The notes: generated by a model not told the origin, from the sequence alone. A DNA stretch of 64,000 nucleotides from Myxococcota bacterium (GCA_965223705.1 OZ245015.1:2496001-2560000), one strand, 5' to 3'; positions 18,745-29,524 are shown, counted from the first letter of the stretch. Translations and numbers: made by a program.

Positions 18745-20000
18745 GACGTACGCGCGACGATCTCCTCGAGCGTACGCACCGCCACCGGTCGAAAAATCGC
18801 GTAGTCCTCGCTCATGGGGAAGTGCCCGAGACCCACCAGCGTCTCATACGTCACGCCCTCGCCGATCCGTTTCGCGCAAGCTTCGACGAGCTCCGGGGGA
18901 CAGGTGTAGTCGTACTCGCCGGCATACACGTAGAGGGGCACCTTCGTCGCATCGATCCGATCCGCCCGGGCGGGATCCGCGTTTTCGACGCCCCAAAAGT
19001 ACAGGTCGTTTCGCAGATTGCGCGGATTCGCCGCTTGGAACCAGCTCGTGAGCCGTCGATCCCACTCCGGCGTCCCCGGGGCCATCACGCTATCGGTCAC
19101 GGCACCGACCATCATCGCCGTGTTGATCTCGGGGTGCGTCCACCAATCGTGGAAGAAGCCCCCCGTCGGTATGGCGCCCGCCATGGCGACGATGCCGCGG
19201 AAGCGCTCCGGGAAACGCTCGGCGAGATGAAGCGCCAGCACGCCGCCGATGCTCGTGCCCATGAAGATGGGCTTCTCGATCGACATCGCCTGCATGAACG
19301 CGACGACGAAATCCGTCAGCCATTCGGACCGGAGCAGCTGATCCTCTTGCCAAAAGGCCGGACCGCGCGGCGGGTCGGACTTCCCGTGACCGGGCAGGTC
19401 GTAGGCGATGAAGCGGAAACGCTTCGTGAGCTCGCGATCTTCGAGGAGATGGCGCCACTGACGATTCTCGTTCCCCGCCGTGTGCTGAAGCAACACGGGG
19501 ATGCCCTCTCCCGCCTCGAGATAGAAGACTTTGTGGAGATCGTCGCCCACGGTGACGTTCACAAAGCCACCCTTCGCTTGATAGCTCGAGAACGGCGGGA
19601 TGTCGGGCCCGAACGTGCTCGGGCCGCGCATCCCCCGAGCGACGCGCACCCAATCGGAAAGCGGTTGCATGTGCCGGAGGAGGACCTTGATATCGCCCTC
19701 GAAGCGCATCGTCCCCCGCGCGATACACGCGAACACGTCGTGAAACATCGCCGGCGGATCGGGCTCGAAGAGCTTGTCCCAGACCGACTCGTCGGCCTCG
19801 AGCAAGATCTGACTCGCGGTCAACGGACCGGGGTCCTCCGTCATCTGCTCGACGACGCCCCGGTGAACCTCGAGCAAATAGCGCTGCCCCCCGAAATCGA
19901 GGGTCAGCACCGCGTCGAAGGTGCGTCCGCTGTGTTGGGCCGCCGGATCCTCGGCGATCGCCTTCAGCCACTGTCTGATGAAGGTCGAATCGAACGTCAT
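18741..20000 (-). CDS. Alpha/beta hydrolase with N-terminal SCP2-like extension
   Basis: QHTAG, YDLPGHGKS, GTSIGG nucleophile, GEYD and GHFPMSE; N-terminal ~120 aa ends with MRFEGDIKVL. Confidence 0.8.
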   Translation of the reverse strand: MTFDSTFIRQWLKAIAEDPAAQHSGRTFDAVLTLDFGGQRYLLEVHRGVVEQMTEDPGPLTASQILLEADESVWDKLFEPDPPAMFHDVFACIARGTMRFEGDIKVLLRHMQPLSDWVRVARGMRGPSTFGPDIPPFSSYQAKGGFVNVTVGDDLHKVFYLEAGEGIPVLLQHTAGNENRQWRHLLEDRELTKRFRFIAYDLPGHGKSDPPRGPAFWQEDQLLRSEWLTDFVVAFMQAMSIEKPIFMGTSIGGVLALHLAERFPERFRGIVAMAGAIPTGGFFHDWWTHPEINTAMMVGAVTDSVMAPGTPEWDRRLTSWFQAANPRNLRNDLYFWGVENADPARADRIDATKVPLYVYAGEYDYTCPPELVEACAKRIGEGVTYETLVGLGHFPMSEDYAIFRPVAVRTLEEIVARTS

Positions 20001-21151
20001 TACGACGTGACTCCGGAATCTTTCCACCCGCGGATCCGATCTTCCGAAAAACCCCAATCCCGGAGAACCGCCTCGGTGTCCGCGCCGCGCGCCGAGGGCT
20101 TCTTCTGGATCTTCGCCGGAGTTCGGCTGAAGCGCGGCGCCGGTGCCGGCTGCGTGACGCCCCACTCCGTAACGAACGTCTCGCGTGCCACGTTGTGCGG
20201 GTGATTCGGTGCTTCATCCAGCGTCAGCACCGGAGCGAAACACACGTCGGTGCCTTCGAGAATGTCACACCATTCGTCGCGTGTTTTCGTCTTCATGATC
20301 GCTGCCATCTTCTTCGAGAGGTCTTTCCACGCGAGCTTGTCCATGTGGAGCTTGTGGTCCGGATCCTCAAAGCCGGTGAGTTCCAGCAGCAGGGCATAGA
20401 ACTTCGACTCGATGGAGCCGATCGAGACGTAGCGGCCGTCGGCGGTCTCGTACGTGTTGTAGAAATGAGCCCCACCGTCGAGGATGTTGCTCTCGCGGTC
20501 GTTCGTAAAGATGCCGGCGGCATACATGCCGTAGACCGCGGTCATGAGCGAGGCGACGCCGTCGGTCATCGCCGCATCGACGACTTGACCCTTTCCTGAC
20601 TTCTGCGCCTCGAGGAGTGCGGCGACTACACCGAGCGCCAAGTAGACACCGCCGCCGCCGAAGTCGCCGATCAAGTTGAGCGGCGGGGGCGGCGCAGAAT
20701 CGGCGCGACCGATCGCATGAGCCGCACCGACCAAGGAGATGTAGTTCAAGTCGTGGCCCGCCGCCTTGGCGAGCGGCCCGTCCTGGCCCCAGCCGGTGAC
20801 GCGGCCGTACACGAGTTTGGGATTGCGCTTGGCGCAATCTTCCGGGCCGAGCCCCATGCGCTCGGTGACCCCGGCGCGGAAGCCCTCGATAAGCGCATCG
20901 GACTGCTCGACGAGAGAAAGCACCAGCTCGACACCTTCCGGGTTCTTCAAGTCGACAGCGATCGAACGACGGCTCCGCTCGAGGAGCGCATGCTCGGGAT
21001 CCATCGCGATGCCGAGCTTCGCGTCCACCTTGCGATCGACGCGGATCACCTCGGCACCCATGTCCGCCAACAACATGGCGCACATCGGGTTCGGCCCGAT
21101 TCCAGCGAGCTCGATCACTTTCGTTCCCACAAGCGGTCCACTGGCGGTCAT
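20000..21151 (-). CDS. CaiB/BaiF CoA-transferase family (alpha-methylacyl-CoA racemase-like)
   Basis: AGIGP, GHDLNY, DFGGG, DAAMTDG and QPAPAPRFSRTP motifs. Confidence 0.9.
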   Translation of the reverse strand: MTASGPLVGTKVIELAGIGPNPMCAMLLADMGAEVIRVDRKVDAKLGIAMDPEHALLERSRRSIAVDLKNPEGVELVLSLVEQSDALIEGFRAGVTERMGLGPEDCAKRNPKLVYGRVTGWGQDGPLAKAAGHDLNYISLVGAAHAIGRADSAPPPPLNLIGDFGGGGVYLALGVVAALLEAQKSGKGQVVDAAMTDGVASLMTAVYGMYAAGIFTNDRESNILDGGAHFYNTYETADGRYVSIGSIESKFYALLLELTGFEDPDHKLHMDKLAWKDLSKKMAAIMKTKTRDEWCDILEGTDVCFAPVLTLDEAPNHPHNVARETFVTEWGVTQPAPAPRFSRTPAKIQKKPSARGADTEAVLRDWGFSEDRIRGWKDSGVTS

Positions 21152-21259
21152 ACGTTTCCTTCCTCTCCTAAGACGTCGATTTCCGTCCCACTGTAGCCGA
21201 GCACAGAACACTTCTGCGCCCCGGCGCGTTGGGGCATACTGCGCGCGGAGGAGATCATC

Positions 21260-21466
21260 ATGGCAGAGACCACCGTCCAAGCCTTCAAGAACGGTCCGTA
21301 CATCATCAAGGGGCCCGTCAAGGTCCTCGACGTCGACGGGAACGAGTACGACGTCTCCGATCAGAAAGCCGTCGCGCTGTGCCGCTGCGGGCAATCGGAA
21401 AACCGCCCGTTCTGCGACGGCAAACACAACCGAATCGACTTCGTCGCCGAAGAGAGGGTCGGCTGA
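21260..21466 (+). CDS. CDGSH iron-sulfur domain protein
   Basis: NGPY...LCRCGQSENRPFCDGKH. Confidence 0.9.
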   Translation: MAETTVQAFKNGPYIIKGPVKVLDVDGNEYDVSDQKAVALCRCGQSENRPFCDGKHNRIDFVAEERVG

Positions 21467-22395
21467 TGCGCCTGGGCGTCATGTGCGGCGCTCCGGGCGG
21501 CCACATGGGGCCGGAGACGAGCCTCGAAGAATTGATCGCCTACGGGAAACGCGTCGAGTCTCTGGGCTTTTCCACCCTGTGGATGGCGCACATCTTCGGC
21601 CTCGACGCGATCGCGACCTTGGGCCACATCGGTCGCGAGACCTCGCGACTCGAGCTCGGCACCGCCGTAACGCCGACGTACCCGAGGCATCCGGTGACGA
21701 TGGCGCAGGACGCCCTCACCGCGGGCGCAGCAGCGTCGGGACGCTTCGTCCTCGGCGTGGGGCTGTCGCACAAGGTCGTCATCGAAGGCAATTTCGGGAT
21801 GTCCTTCGATCAGCCGGCGCGGCACATGCGCGAATACCTGTCCGCATTGGGTCCGCTCCTGGCCGGAAAAGCGATTCATCACCAGGGCGAGCAGTACACG
21901 ATCCACGCGCAGGTGAGCTTCCGCGATGCCAAGCCCGTGCCGCTCCTCGTCGCGGCCTTGGGTGACCGGATGCTTCACCTGTCCGGCGAGCTGGCGGACG
22001 GCACCATCACATGGATGTGCGGACCGAACACCCTCGCCGAGCACATCATCCCGAAGATCTCGGACGGCGCGCGCGAGGCCGGACGTCCCGCCCCGCGGAT
22101 CGTCGCCGGCTTTCCGACGCTGCTCGTACCCGCCGGCGAAGTCGATGCGGCGAAAGAGCGGATCGCGAAAGATTTCGACATCTATGGAACGCTGCCGTCG
22201 TATCGGGCGATGCTCGACCGCGAAGGACTCAGCGGCCCGGCCGATCTCGCCGTGGTCGGCGACGAAGACACGTTGCGAAAAGACCTCGCACGCTACCGCG
22301 ATACCGGCGTCACCGACTTCGACGCTTTCGTGGTCGGCTACGACGCCGATGCGGCCGAGCGCACGCTCGAGTTCCTCGCTTCCGAGGTCGGGTAG
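21466..22395 (+). CDS. LLM-class oxidoreductase, probably F420-dependent
   Basis: GTAVTPTYPRHP, LGVGLSH, AALG..ML and LPSYRAMLDREG motifs. Confidence 0.8.
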   Translation: MRLGVMCGAPGGHMGPETSLEELIAYGKRVESLGFSTLWMAHIFGLDAIATLGHIGRETSRLELGTAVTPTYPRHPVTMAQDALTAGAAASGRFVLGVGLSHKVVIEGNFGMSFDQPARHMREYLSALGPLLAGKAIHHQGEQYTIHAQVSFRDAKPVPLLVAALGDRMLHLSGELADGTITWMCGPNTLAEHIIPKISDGAREAGRPAPRIVAGFPTLLVPAGEVDAAKERIAKDFDIYGTLPSYRAMLDREGLSGPADLAVVGDEDTLRKDLARYRDTGVTDFDAFVVGYDADAAERTLEFLASEVG

Positions 22396-22971
22396 ATGCC
22401 GAGACTCACCACTCCGCGCGTCGCGCCCCTCGACCCGAAAGACTGGCACGAATCCGTCCGCGACGTGGCGGGCTCGAACCCCCGCGGTGAAGACGGCGTG
22501 ATGAACATCTTCGCGACGCTCGCGAACCATCCCGATCTCATGCGGCGATGGCTCGTGTTCGGAAACCACGTGCTCTTCAAGTCGACCCTCCCGCCGCGCG
22601 AGCGCGAGATCGCGATCTTGCGGATCGGCTGGCTGTGCCAGGCGGAATACGAGTGGGCTCAGCACGTCGTCATCGCCCGGCAATGCGACATCACCGACGA
22701 GGAGATCGCGCGGATCGCCGAGGGGCCCGACGCTCCCGGCTGGGCTCCCCACGAGGTCGATCTCCTGCGCGCCGTCGACGAACTCCACGCCGATGCGTTC
22801 ATCACGCAGCCGACCTGGGACAAGCTCGCCGAGCGGTGGAACACCCAGGAGCTGATGGATCTCGTGTTCGCCATCGGTCAGTACAACCTGGTCTCGATGG
22901 CGCTCAACACCCTGGGCGTCCAGCTGGAAGAAGGCGTCGAAGGCTTCGCGGAAACGACGAAGCGCGGTTAG
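22396..22971 (+). CDS. Carboxymuconolactone decarboxylase/AhpD-like protein
   Basis: NIFATLANHP and REIAILRIGWLCQAEYEWAQH motifs. Confidence 0.85.
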   Translation: MPRLTTPRVAPLDPKDWHESVRDVAGSNPRGEDGVMNIFATLANHPDLMRRWLVFGNHVLFKSTLPPREREIAILRIGWLCQAEYEWAQHVVIARQCDITDEEIARIAEGPDAPGWAPHEVDLLRAVDELHADAFITQPTWDKLAERWNTQELMDLVFAIGQYNLVSMALNTLGVQLEEGVEGFAETTKRG

Positions 22972-23804
22972 GCGCGGCGACGACGGGCGGCCAAGCCCAA
23001 GAGGCCCATGCCGAGCAGCAAGGCCGTACCCGGCTCCGGGGTGACGAAGATGTCCGGGCTCGCGACGAAATTCGCGAGGAAGACCGTGCTGTCCACCAAG
23101 TCGTCGGCGGTATCGAAGATCAGGAATGTGAGCGTGTTGTCCCCGCCGTAGGGGTCGAGCGCCGCGGCGATCTCGAGGACCGGATCGAAACCGTTCTGAA
23201 TGACCGCATCGAGATCGGTGCCGCCGAACGCCGCCATGCGCGAATCGTCGGACGTGAACGACGCGATGAGCTCGCCGTTCAGAAACGCGCCGAAGCCGTC
23301 CGGTACGCCGCTCGCTTCGGGCCACTCCTCGCTACCGAAGACGATGTCGAAGCGAAGGCTGTTCACTTCGGGCGTCGTGTCGAAGACAAAGGTCAGCTCG
23401 GTCACGTCGTAGACGATGTTGCCGGTTCCGATGATTTCGTTCGCGAGCAGGTTTTGCTGCGGCGTTCCGAACTTCCCATACGCGGTGGTGGTCCCGCCGT
23501 CGTCGTTGGGGCCGGCGCCGTAGGCACCGACGTCACCGGTGCTGAGCACGATGCCCGAACCCAAGCCGTAGACCGAATCCTGATCGAAGGTCCCGGTCGA
23601 GTGGCCTCCGTGTTGGTGGACCTGGCCACGGCGAATGGAAGAGGACACGTCGACGTTCGCGGCTCCGCCGAAGAAAGCGTTCGACAGAACCGACCCGTCG
23701 CGTTCGCGGTCGATGACCAGCGCACTCGCGTTCGCGGAGAGCGCGAGCGTCACGAGCGCGATGAGTCCGAGCCAGCGTCGGAAGCTGTAATGCCGCGTAG
23801 GCAT
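22968..23804 (-). CDS. PEP-CTERM sorting-domain protein (choice-of-anchor L-like)
   Basis: Signal peptide; GIVLSTG and FDIVFGSEEWPE; C-terminal TPEPGTALLLGMGLLGLAARRRRA. Confidence 0.8.
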   Translation of the reverse strand: MPTRHYSFRRWLGLIALVTLALSANASALVIDRERDGSVLSNAFFGGAANVDVSSSIRRGQVHQHGGHSTGTFDQDSVYGLGSGIVLSTGDVGAYGAGPNDDGGTTTAYGKFGTPQQNLLANEIIGTGNIVYDVTELTFVFDTTPEVNSLRFDIVFGSEEWPEASGVPDGFGAFLNGELIASFTSDDSRMAAFGGTDLDAVIQNGFDPVLEIAAALDPYGGDNTLTFLIFDTADDLVDSTVFLANFVASPDIFVTPEPGTALLLGMGLLGLAARRRRA

Positions 23805-23946
23805 ACGTGCCCGAATCCCTTCTGCGGAGAAAACACCCCGCGTAGAGGTGAGTGGCTCTTTCTGCCCTCGGGGTGACGCGAAACCTGTCGAAGTTCTTTG
23901 ACACATCGCGCCGGTGCCGGAGACTCACCCACGCACAAGGGGACTC

Positions 23947-25494
23947 ATGGCACGCCGGAAGAAAGTTACCCGGGCACGGGCGCCGCAAGACGCGCCTCGC
24001 TCCGCAGGACCGCCCAACTGGTCATGGTGGCTGCTCGCCGCCGTGGCGATTCTTCCGTTCCTGGCTTCCCTCGGCGCGGACTTCACCATCGACGATCATC
24101 CCACGGTCGAAGGGAACCCACTCTTAAGTGAGATCGGTTGGCGGGTGTTCGCGGATGCGCGCTTCGTGCGCACCTTCAGCATCATGCTCGATCGCGCGCT
24201 CTTCGGGATGAACCCCGTCGGCTATCACGTGACGAACTTGCTGCTCCACGCGGGTGCAAGCCTGCTGAGCTACGCGCTCCTGCTCCGCTTCGCGAAGGAT
24301 TTTCGCCTGGCACTCGTCGGGGCCGGGCTCTTTGCGATCCATCCAGTCCACGTCGAAGTGATCACGAACATCGCAAACCGCAAAGAGACCCTGTGCTTCT
24401 TGTTCTCTCTGGCGAGCTTTGCCTGCTACGTGCGTACCCTCGAGCGATTCGAAGGTTGGGGACGTTGGCGGGGCCTCGCCGCGACGGGCTTCCTCGGGAT
24501 TCTCGCGCTCGGCGCGAAGCAAGTCGCGATCGTGCTGCCGCTCGTGGCACTCACTTACGAAGCGCTCTTCGTTCCGCGAGAGCGACGCCTGCTCCTCCAT
24601 TCTCCGTGGGTTCTCGCGGCGTGTTTCATCGTGGGTGCTGGCGGGCTTGTCGCGTACATCGAGTGGGAGATGGGTTGGTCGACCCTGCTCGACTACCGGA
24701 CCGTGCAGGGATTTCTCGGTGACCCGACACCGTTGCAGATCGGCCTGTCTTCCCCGTGGTTTTTTTGGCGCTACATCGAGCTGCTTCTGGTTCCCGTGAG
24801 GCTTTGCGCCGACCACGTCGCAGACGCGACGCGGATCGCGCAGAGTGCACTGCTGCCGGTCGCCTGGTTGGGCTTGGCCGGCGTCGTCGCCGTTGCCGTC
24901 CTGTTGCGCAAACGCGCGCCGATCACCGCGTTCGGGCTTTGGTGGATCGTGCTGCATTTGCTGCCGACCGTGAACCTCATTCCCTCAGCCTACGCGCTGG
25001 CGGATCGCTACTTGTACATCCCGTCGCTGGGTCTCTGCCTGCTTCTCGTGGGCGCGGCGCAGGAATTCCCGGTACCCCGACATTGGGTCGCGAATCGCGG
25101 GCGTTGGGTGGGGCTCGCGGCCGGCACCGTCGCGGCCGTCTTCCTGGTGCAAGCGGTTTCCTACAACCGCGTTTGGCTGACGGAAGAAACCCTGTGGCGA
25201 GACACCCTGCAGTGTGAACCCCACTCCTTTAGAGCGCACTTGAACGTCGGTTCCTACGACTACCTGGCGAAGAGCTATCGTTCGGCTCGAGAGCACTTTC
25301 AACGCGCCGTGTCGCTCAAGCCGGAGGACGCGCGCGCCCACTTCAACCTCGGCAATGCGGAGCGACACCTCGGCCGCTTCGGAAATGCCGCAACTTCCTA
25401 CGCTAAAGCCGCGGAACTAGGGTTGAAACCGGCGGAAGAGCAGCTCCGGCGGCTGCGTTCCCAGGGGGGATCGGGCGACGAAAAGTCGTTCTAG
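23947..25494 (+). CDS. TMTC-like GT-C membrane glycosyltransferase with C-terminal TPRs
   Basis: FTIDD loop, GYHVTNLLLH, FAIHPVHVEV, ADRYLYIPS and W..E..LW motifs; TPR tail. Confidence 0.8.
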   Translation: MARRKKVTRARAPQDAPRSAGPPNWSWWLLAAVAILPFLASLGADFTIDDHPTVEGNPLLSEIGWRVFADARFVRTFSIMLDRALFGMNPVGYHVTNLLLHAGASLLSYALLLRFAKDFRLALVGAGLFAIHPVHVEVITNIANRKETLCFLFSLASFACYVRTLERFEGWGRWRGLAATGFLGILALGAKQVAIVLPLVALTYEALFVPRERRLLLHSPWVLAACFIVGAGGLVAYIEWEMGWSTLLDYRTVQGFLGDPTPLQIGLSSPWFFWRYIELLLVPVRLCADHVADATRIAQSALLPVAWLGLAGVVAVAVLLRKRAPITAFGLWWIVLHLLPTVNLIPSAYALADRYLYIPSLGLCLLLVGAAQEFPVPRHWVANRGRWVGLAAGTVAAVFLVQAVSYNRVWLTEETLWRDTLQCEPHSFRAHLNVGSYDYLAKSYRSAREHFQRAVSLKPEDARAHFNLGNAERHLGRFGNAATSYAKAAELGLKPAEEQLRRLRSQGGSGDEKSF

Positions 25495-25644
25495 ATGGGG
25501 ATTTTTTTGCCACGCATGACGTCAATTAGACACATACTCCTGTGATACGACGGTTGGGTCTCCGCCCCCATGGGCGATTTCCAACCAGTGCCGGGCAAAC
25601 GCCCGCCAATGACAGTTAACGCTCGGTCGTAAAAGGACCCGAAC

Positions 25645-26430
25645 ATGCTCCGCTCACGCACGACACTCTTGCTTCTGTTGCTCGCGCTCTTCGCGTTCGC
25701 CAGTACTTCAGCCAGCGCGCTCCAGATCCGCATCAACAGCGGAATGATCGCGCACGACGATGGGGGCCTCGGCTTCATCGCGGGCTCGATCACTCCGAGC
25801 ACGTTCATCGACTTCGAACTCGACTGCGCCTCCGCCTCGGAGTGCACCGTCCAAGACTTCTGGTTCGGAAACAGCGTGACCCAGAATCACTTCGCGATGC
25901 TCGGCAGCTTTGACTTCAACCGAGAGCTCCGGATGCAAGACGCTGCCGGCAACCTCCTCGACGCTTCGTATCCGCACAGCAACGGCACCTCCAACATCGT
26001 GCTGACTCTCGGTGCGGGCGGCCTCGTCACGAGTGACACGCAGTACGTCGAATCCTTTGGGGTTTCGCCGTTCGGCCAAGACCCCACCGGCGAGGATTTC
26101 AGCTTCGCGCTCTCCACCGACGGCAGCTTGTTCCCGCGCGGTGGGCCGTCGAACAACGTCGGCTGCGCGGACGCCGATGTGGGCAGCGGCTTCTTCGATC
26201 TCGTCGCCGCCGGCGTGACACTGCCTTCGGGGTCGGCGATGACGGACGGGTTCAACCTCGGAAGCACCGGCACCTTGGTGGCCGTCGGTTGTTACTTCCG
26301 GCAGGAAGACGCGTACGAAGTCCCCCTGCTGATGACGCTGAACGTGGAAATCGTTCCCGAGCCGTCCACGGCGCTGCTGCTGGCTGGCGGGCTCGGCGGA
26401 ATCGCATGGTTCGGACGGCGCCGGCGCTAG
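25645..26430 (+). CDS. PEP-CTERM sorting-domain protein
   Basis: Signal peptide (ASA); C-terminal VPEPSTALLLAGGLGGIAWFGRRRR; AAGGA RBS. Confidence 0.85.
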   Translation: MLRSRTTLLLLLLALFAFASTSASALQIRINSGMIAHDDGGLGFIAGSITPSTFIDFELDCASASECTVQDFWFGNSVTQNHFAMLGSFDFNRELRMQDAAGNLLDASYPHSNGTSNIVLTLGAGGLVTSDTQYVESFGVSPFGQDPTGEDFSFALSTDGSLFPRGGPSNNVGCADADVGSGFFDLVAAGVTLPSGSAMTDGFNLGSTGTLVAVGCYFRQEDAYEVPLLMTLNVEIVPEPSTALLLAGGLGGIAWFGRRRR

Positions 26431-26511
26431 AACGCTTTTCGCCTCTGGCCTTCTAAAAACTGAATATTGGACTGGATCACTTTCTCGGAGGGGGTTATTG
26501 GGGATAAGGTG

Positions 26512-27765
26512 ATGCTGAGAACGATCCAGGCCCTGCTGACCGCCGGTGTATTGGCCACCGCAGCTCAAGCAGGCGCCGAAGCGGCCGCGAAGGCCGCAAC
26601 GACCGAGGCCACGGATGTGGCCTGCCCGACCTTCACGCAAGCTTCAAAGGGGCTCCCGGTTCGCGGAGAATGGCGAACCTACCCCGCCGTCGCGGACTTC
26701 AACGGAGACGGGCGACTCGACCTCGCCGCGACGCCGCGCAAGGACAAAGGGCCGCGCGCGTGGCTCAGCGTAAAAGACGGCTGGAAAGAGTCCTCCCTCG
26801 GGCTCGCACTGCCCGGCTACTCCTGCGGCGTCGGCTTGGCTTCGGGCGATCTGAACGGCGACGGTCATCTCGACCTGGGGGTCGCCGATCACTGCCACGG
26901 CCTGTTCGTCTATTTCGGAAACGGGAAGGGATCGTGGCGCCCCGGGCCGCAAGCACAGGTGAACCGCGGTGATCCGGGCCTCGAAGACTTGGCCCTCGGC
27001 GACATCGATGCGGACGGCGATCTCGATATCGCGACCGTCGGTGCCATCGAAGGCGGCGTGACCGTCTACCTGAACGACGGTACCGGTCGGTTCGCGAAAT
27101 CCGACACGGGCTTGCCCATCCGAGGCACGGCCAAGAACGTCGAGCTCGCCGACGTGAACGAAGACGGCTTGCTCGATATCGCCGCAAGCTATTCCGGACT
27201 CGGCAGCCAACCGACCGCCGATCCCATCACATTCAACGTGCTCTGGCTCGCTTCGAAGAACGACGAAGGCGAGCTGCGCTACACGCGGCATCGCGCCGGA
27301 CTTCCCGTCGATACACAGACCCGACGCGTCATCTTCGGCGACGTCGACCTCGACGGTCATCAAGACCTCATCGCGACCTTCGTTCCCCACAGCGAAGGGA
27401 GTCCCTTGATTCGCGTCTTCCGCGGTGACGGCGCGGGTGGCTTCGTCGAGTCGAGCGAAGGCCTGCCGCAATTCTCATCGGAAGCGCTCGTGCAACTGAG
27501 CGGCATCCGCCTGGCGGACTTGAACCGCGATGGAACTCAGGACCTCGTCGCGGTTCAAACCAATGACGACCGCTTCCACACGTGGATGGGATCGGCGTCC
27601 GGAGCGTGGCGGGCTTGCGGCTCAGCCGAGGTCGGGATCACGAAAGAAGGATCCCGCTCGATCGGCCTCGAAGTCGCCGACACCAATGCCGACGGCAAAC
27701 CCGACCTCGTGATGGCCTTCGGGCGCGTCGGCGAAGGCGGGCTCGAAGTGTGGCTCGCGAACTAG
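26512..27765 (+). CDS. Secreted FG-GAP/VCBS repeat protein (probable beta-propeller)
   Basis: Seven D-x-[ND]-x-DG-x-x-D-[LI] repeats; signal peptide. Confidence 0.85.
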   Translation: MLRTIQALLTAGVLATAAQAGAEAAAKAATTEATDVACPTFTQASKGLPVRGEWRTYPAVADFNGDGRLDLAATPRKDKGPRAWLSVKDGWKESSLGLALPGYSCGVGLASGDLNGDGHLDLGVADHCHGLFVYFGNGKGSWRPGPQAQVNRGDPGLEDLALGDIDADGDLDIATVGAIEGGVTVYLNDGTGRFAKSDTGLPIRGTAKNVELADVNEDGLLDIAASYSGLGSQPTADPITFNVLWLASKNDEGELRYTRHRAGLPVDTQTRRVIFGDVDLDGHQDLIATFVPHSEGSPLIRVFRGDGAGGFVESSEGLPQFSSEALVQLSGIRLADLNRDGTQDLVAVQTNDDRFHTWMGSASGAWRACGSAEVGITKEGSRSIGLEVADTNADGKPDLVMAFGRVGEGGLEVWLAN

Positions 27766-27850
27766 CTCTCCGCAGAACGGGCAAACGCCCGGCGGCTTAA
27801 AAAAACTTGACGGACCCACTGGGTGGAGGTGGGCTCGAAGGGAGACCCCT

Positions 27851-29524
27851 ATGAAATTTCGCATCCTCGCCCTCGTTCTCGTGTTGGTCGCCGGCTCGGT
27901 GTCGGCCTGGTGGTTCGGCGGCAAGCCGCTCCCCTCGGCCATCGCCGGGCCCCTGCCCCTCGTGATCGCTCCCGAGATTCTCGAGTTCGAGAACATCCGG
28001 GTCGGCACGAGTGACAAGCAACTCGTATCGCTGACGAACATCGGGGAAGAGATCCTCGAGCTGACCGAGCTCGAACTCGAGGGGCCCTTCTCCGCTTTCC
28101 TCGGCCCGAAGAGTGTCTTCCTCGACTCCGGGGAGACGCAGTTTCTGGCAATCACGTTTACACCGACGGAAGAAGGCCAAACCGAAGGGAGCATCGCCAT
28201 TCGCGACGCGCAGAGCCGGGAAGCTTCATCCGCGCTCACGGGGACCTCACCGACACCCCACGACGTCGCCTTGTGGCCTCGCTCTATCCGCTTCGGCGAT
28301 GTGTCCGTGGGCAATGACGCGACGGCCCTCCTCACCATCGAGAACCGCGGGTCCTTGCCGTTCACGCTTCCGGAGCTCGCTCTCGCCGACGGCTTTCATC
28401 TCGAGCCCCTGACGGCCCCGCTCGCGCCCGGTGCGCGCGAGACGGTGAAGGTACGCTTCTCGCCGCTTTCCGAAGGTCGCCACGACGGAGAACTCCTCCT
28501 GCGCGACGACGTCTTCGACCGCGACCTCGCCGTTGTCAGCTTGGCCGGTGACGGCATCGACTTCGAACTCGACGTCGCGTTCGGCGCTGCGCCACAACAC
28601 CTGGACTTCGGAACCGTCCCGCTGGGCTCCGCACGCAAAGGCTGGCTCACGTTGTCGAACAGTGGACGCGATCCGGTGACGCTCACGTCCGTGGCGGTAC
28701 CCGAAGGTTTTTCGGCGCCCGAGGGCAGCCGCGTCATCGGCGCCGGGTCAAAGCTCAGCTACCCGATCACGTTCCGGCCTACGAAGGGCGGCGACCACGC
28801 GGGCCTGGTGCAGTTCGCGACGAACACCCCGGGCGGAGATCCGGTGGGAGTCGCGCTCGCGGCGATCGGCGGCGCACTCGAAGGTTCGGGCGCCGAACCG
28901 CAGACGGCCGACTCCCGCTCAGACGCACCCACGCGCAAGAACCGCTTCGGCTTCTTCGGCACGAACGGCGAAGTGAGCTCCACCGCGGACGTGGCGAGCC
29001 TCGAGCCCGAGTTCCTCGAGCCGGTGGGTGAGGTTCCGGAAGAGTTCGGCGAAGCCGGCGACGGGCCCGTCCTCGGCCAGGGGACCTTCGCCGAGGGCAG
29101 CGACCTCGAGTTCATCGGTCTGCATGCCGACGTCGCGGACGTGCACGTCGGTGAGATTCTCGTGGACCGGCAGTCCGGCCGCGTGGAGCTCAACGACCTG
29201 CAACTCCCGAAAGTGCTCGGGCCCTTCCACGAGTGGTGGCAGGTCGTACCTACGGATGCCTTCGGGACCGTGAATGAACTGGGGGATATCGACGTCACGA
29301 TCCCCATCCAGATCGTCGACGCGGTCGGGATGGTCGTCGATTCGGAAATCCGGCTGACCACAGGGGTCTCCGAGCTGCGCGACGGCGACGAAATCCTTCA
29401 GATGTCGGGCCAGCCGCTCGATGCAAGTGGAGCGGCAAAACTCGTTTCAGTAACCATGGTCCCCTCGGGTCATCTCAAAGGGGGCGTCATGAGGGTGAAC
29501 TTCAATGTACTCGTTAACCAGTAA
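27851..29524 (+). CDS. Membrane-anchored or secreted protein with three ASH/choice-of-anchor-D-like Ig domains
   Basis: Three repeats of P..[LI].F..[IV].[VL]G....L.[LI].N.G...[IV].F.P; N-terminal hydrophobic segment; unassigned C-terminal domain. Confidence 0.7.
   Translation: MKFRILALVLVLVAGSVSAWWFGGKPLPSAIAGPLPLVIAPEILEFENIRVGTSDKQLVSLTNIGEEILELTELELEGPFSAFLGPKSVFLDSGETQFLAITFTPTEEGQTEGSIAIRDAQSREASSALTGTSPTPHDVALWPRSIRFGDVSVGNDATALLTIENRGSLPFTLPELALADGFHLEPLTAPLAPGARETVKVRFSPLSEGRHDGELLLRDDVFDRDLAVVSLAGDGIDFELDVAFGAAPQHLDFGTVPLGSARKGWLTLSNSGRDPVTLTSVAVPEGFSAPEGSRVIGAGSKLSYPITFRPTKGGDHAGLVQFATNTPGGDPVGVALAAIGGALEGSGAEPQTADSRSDAPTRKNRFGFFGTNGEVSSTADVASLEPEFLEPVGEVPEEFGEAGDGPVLGQGTFAEGSDLEFIGLHADVADVHVGEILVDRQSGRVELNDLQLPKVLGPFHEWWQVVPTDAFGTVNELGDIDVTIPIQIVDAVGMVVDSEIRLTTGVSELRDGDEILQMSGQPLDASGAAKLVSVTMVPSGHLKGGVMRVNFNVLVNQ

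Noticed and set aside
17253..20204. 983-aa plus-strand ORF
   Set aside because: Arg-rich alternate frame overlapping well-supported genes on both strands; typical high-GC artefact
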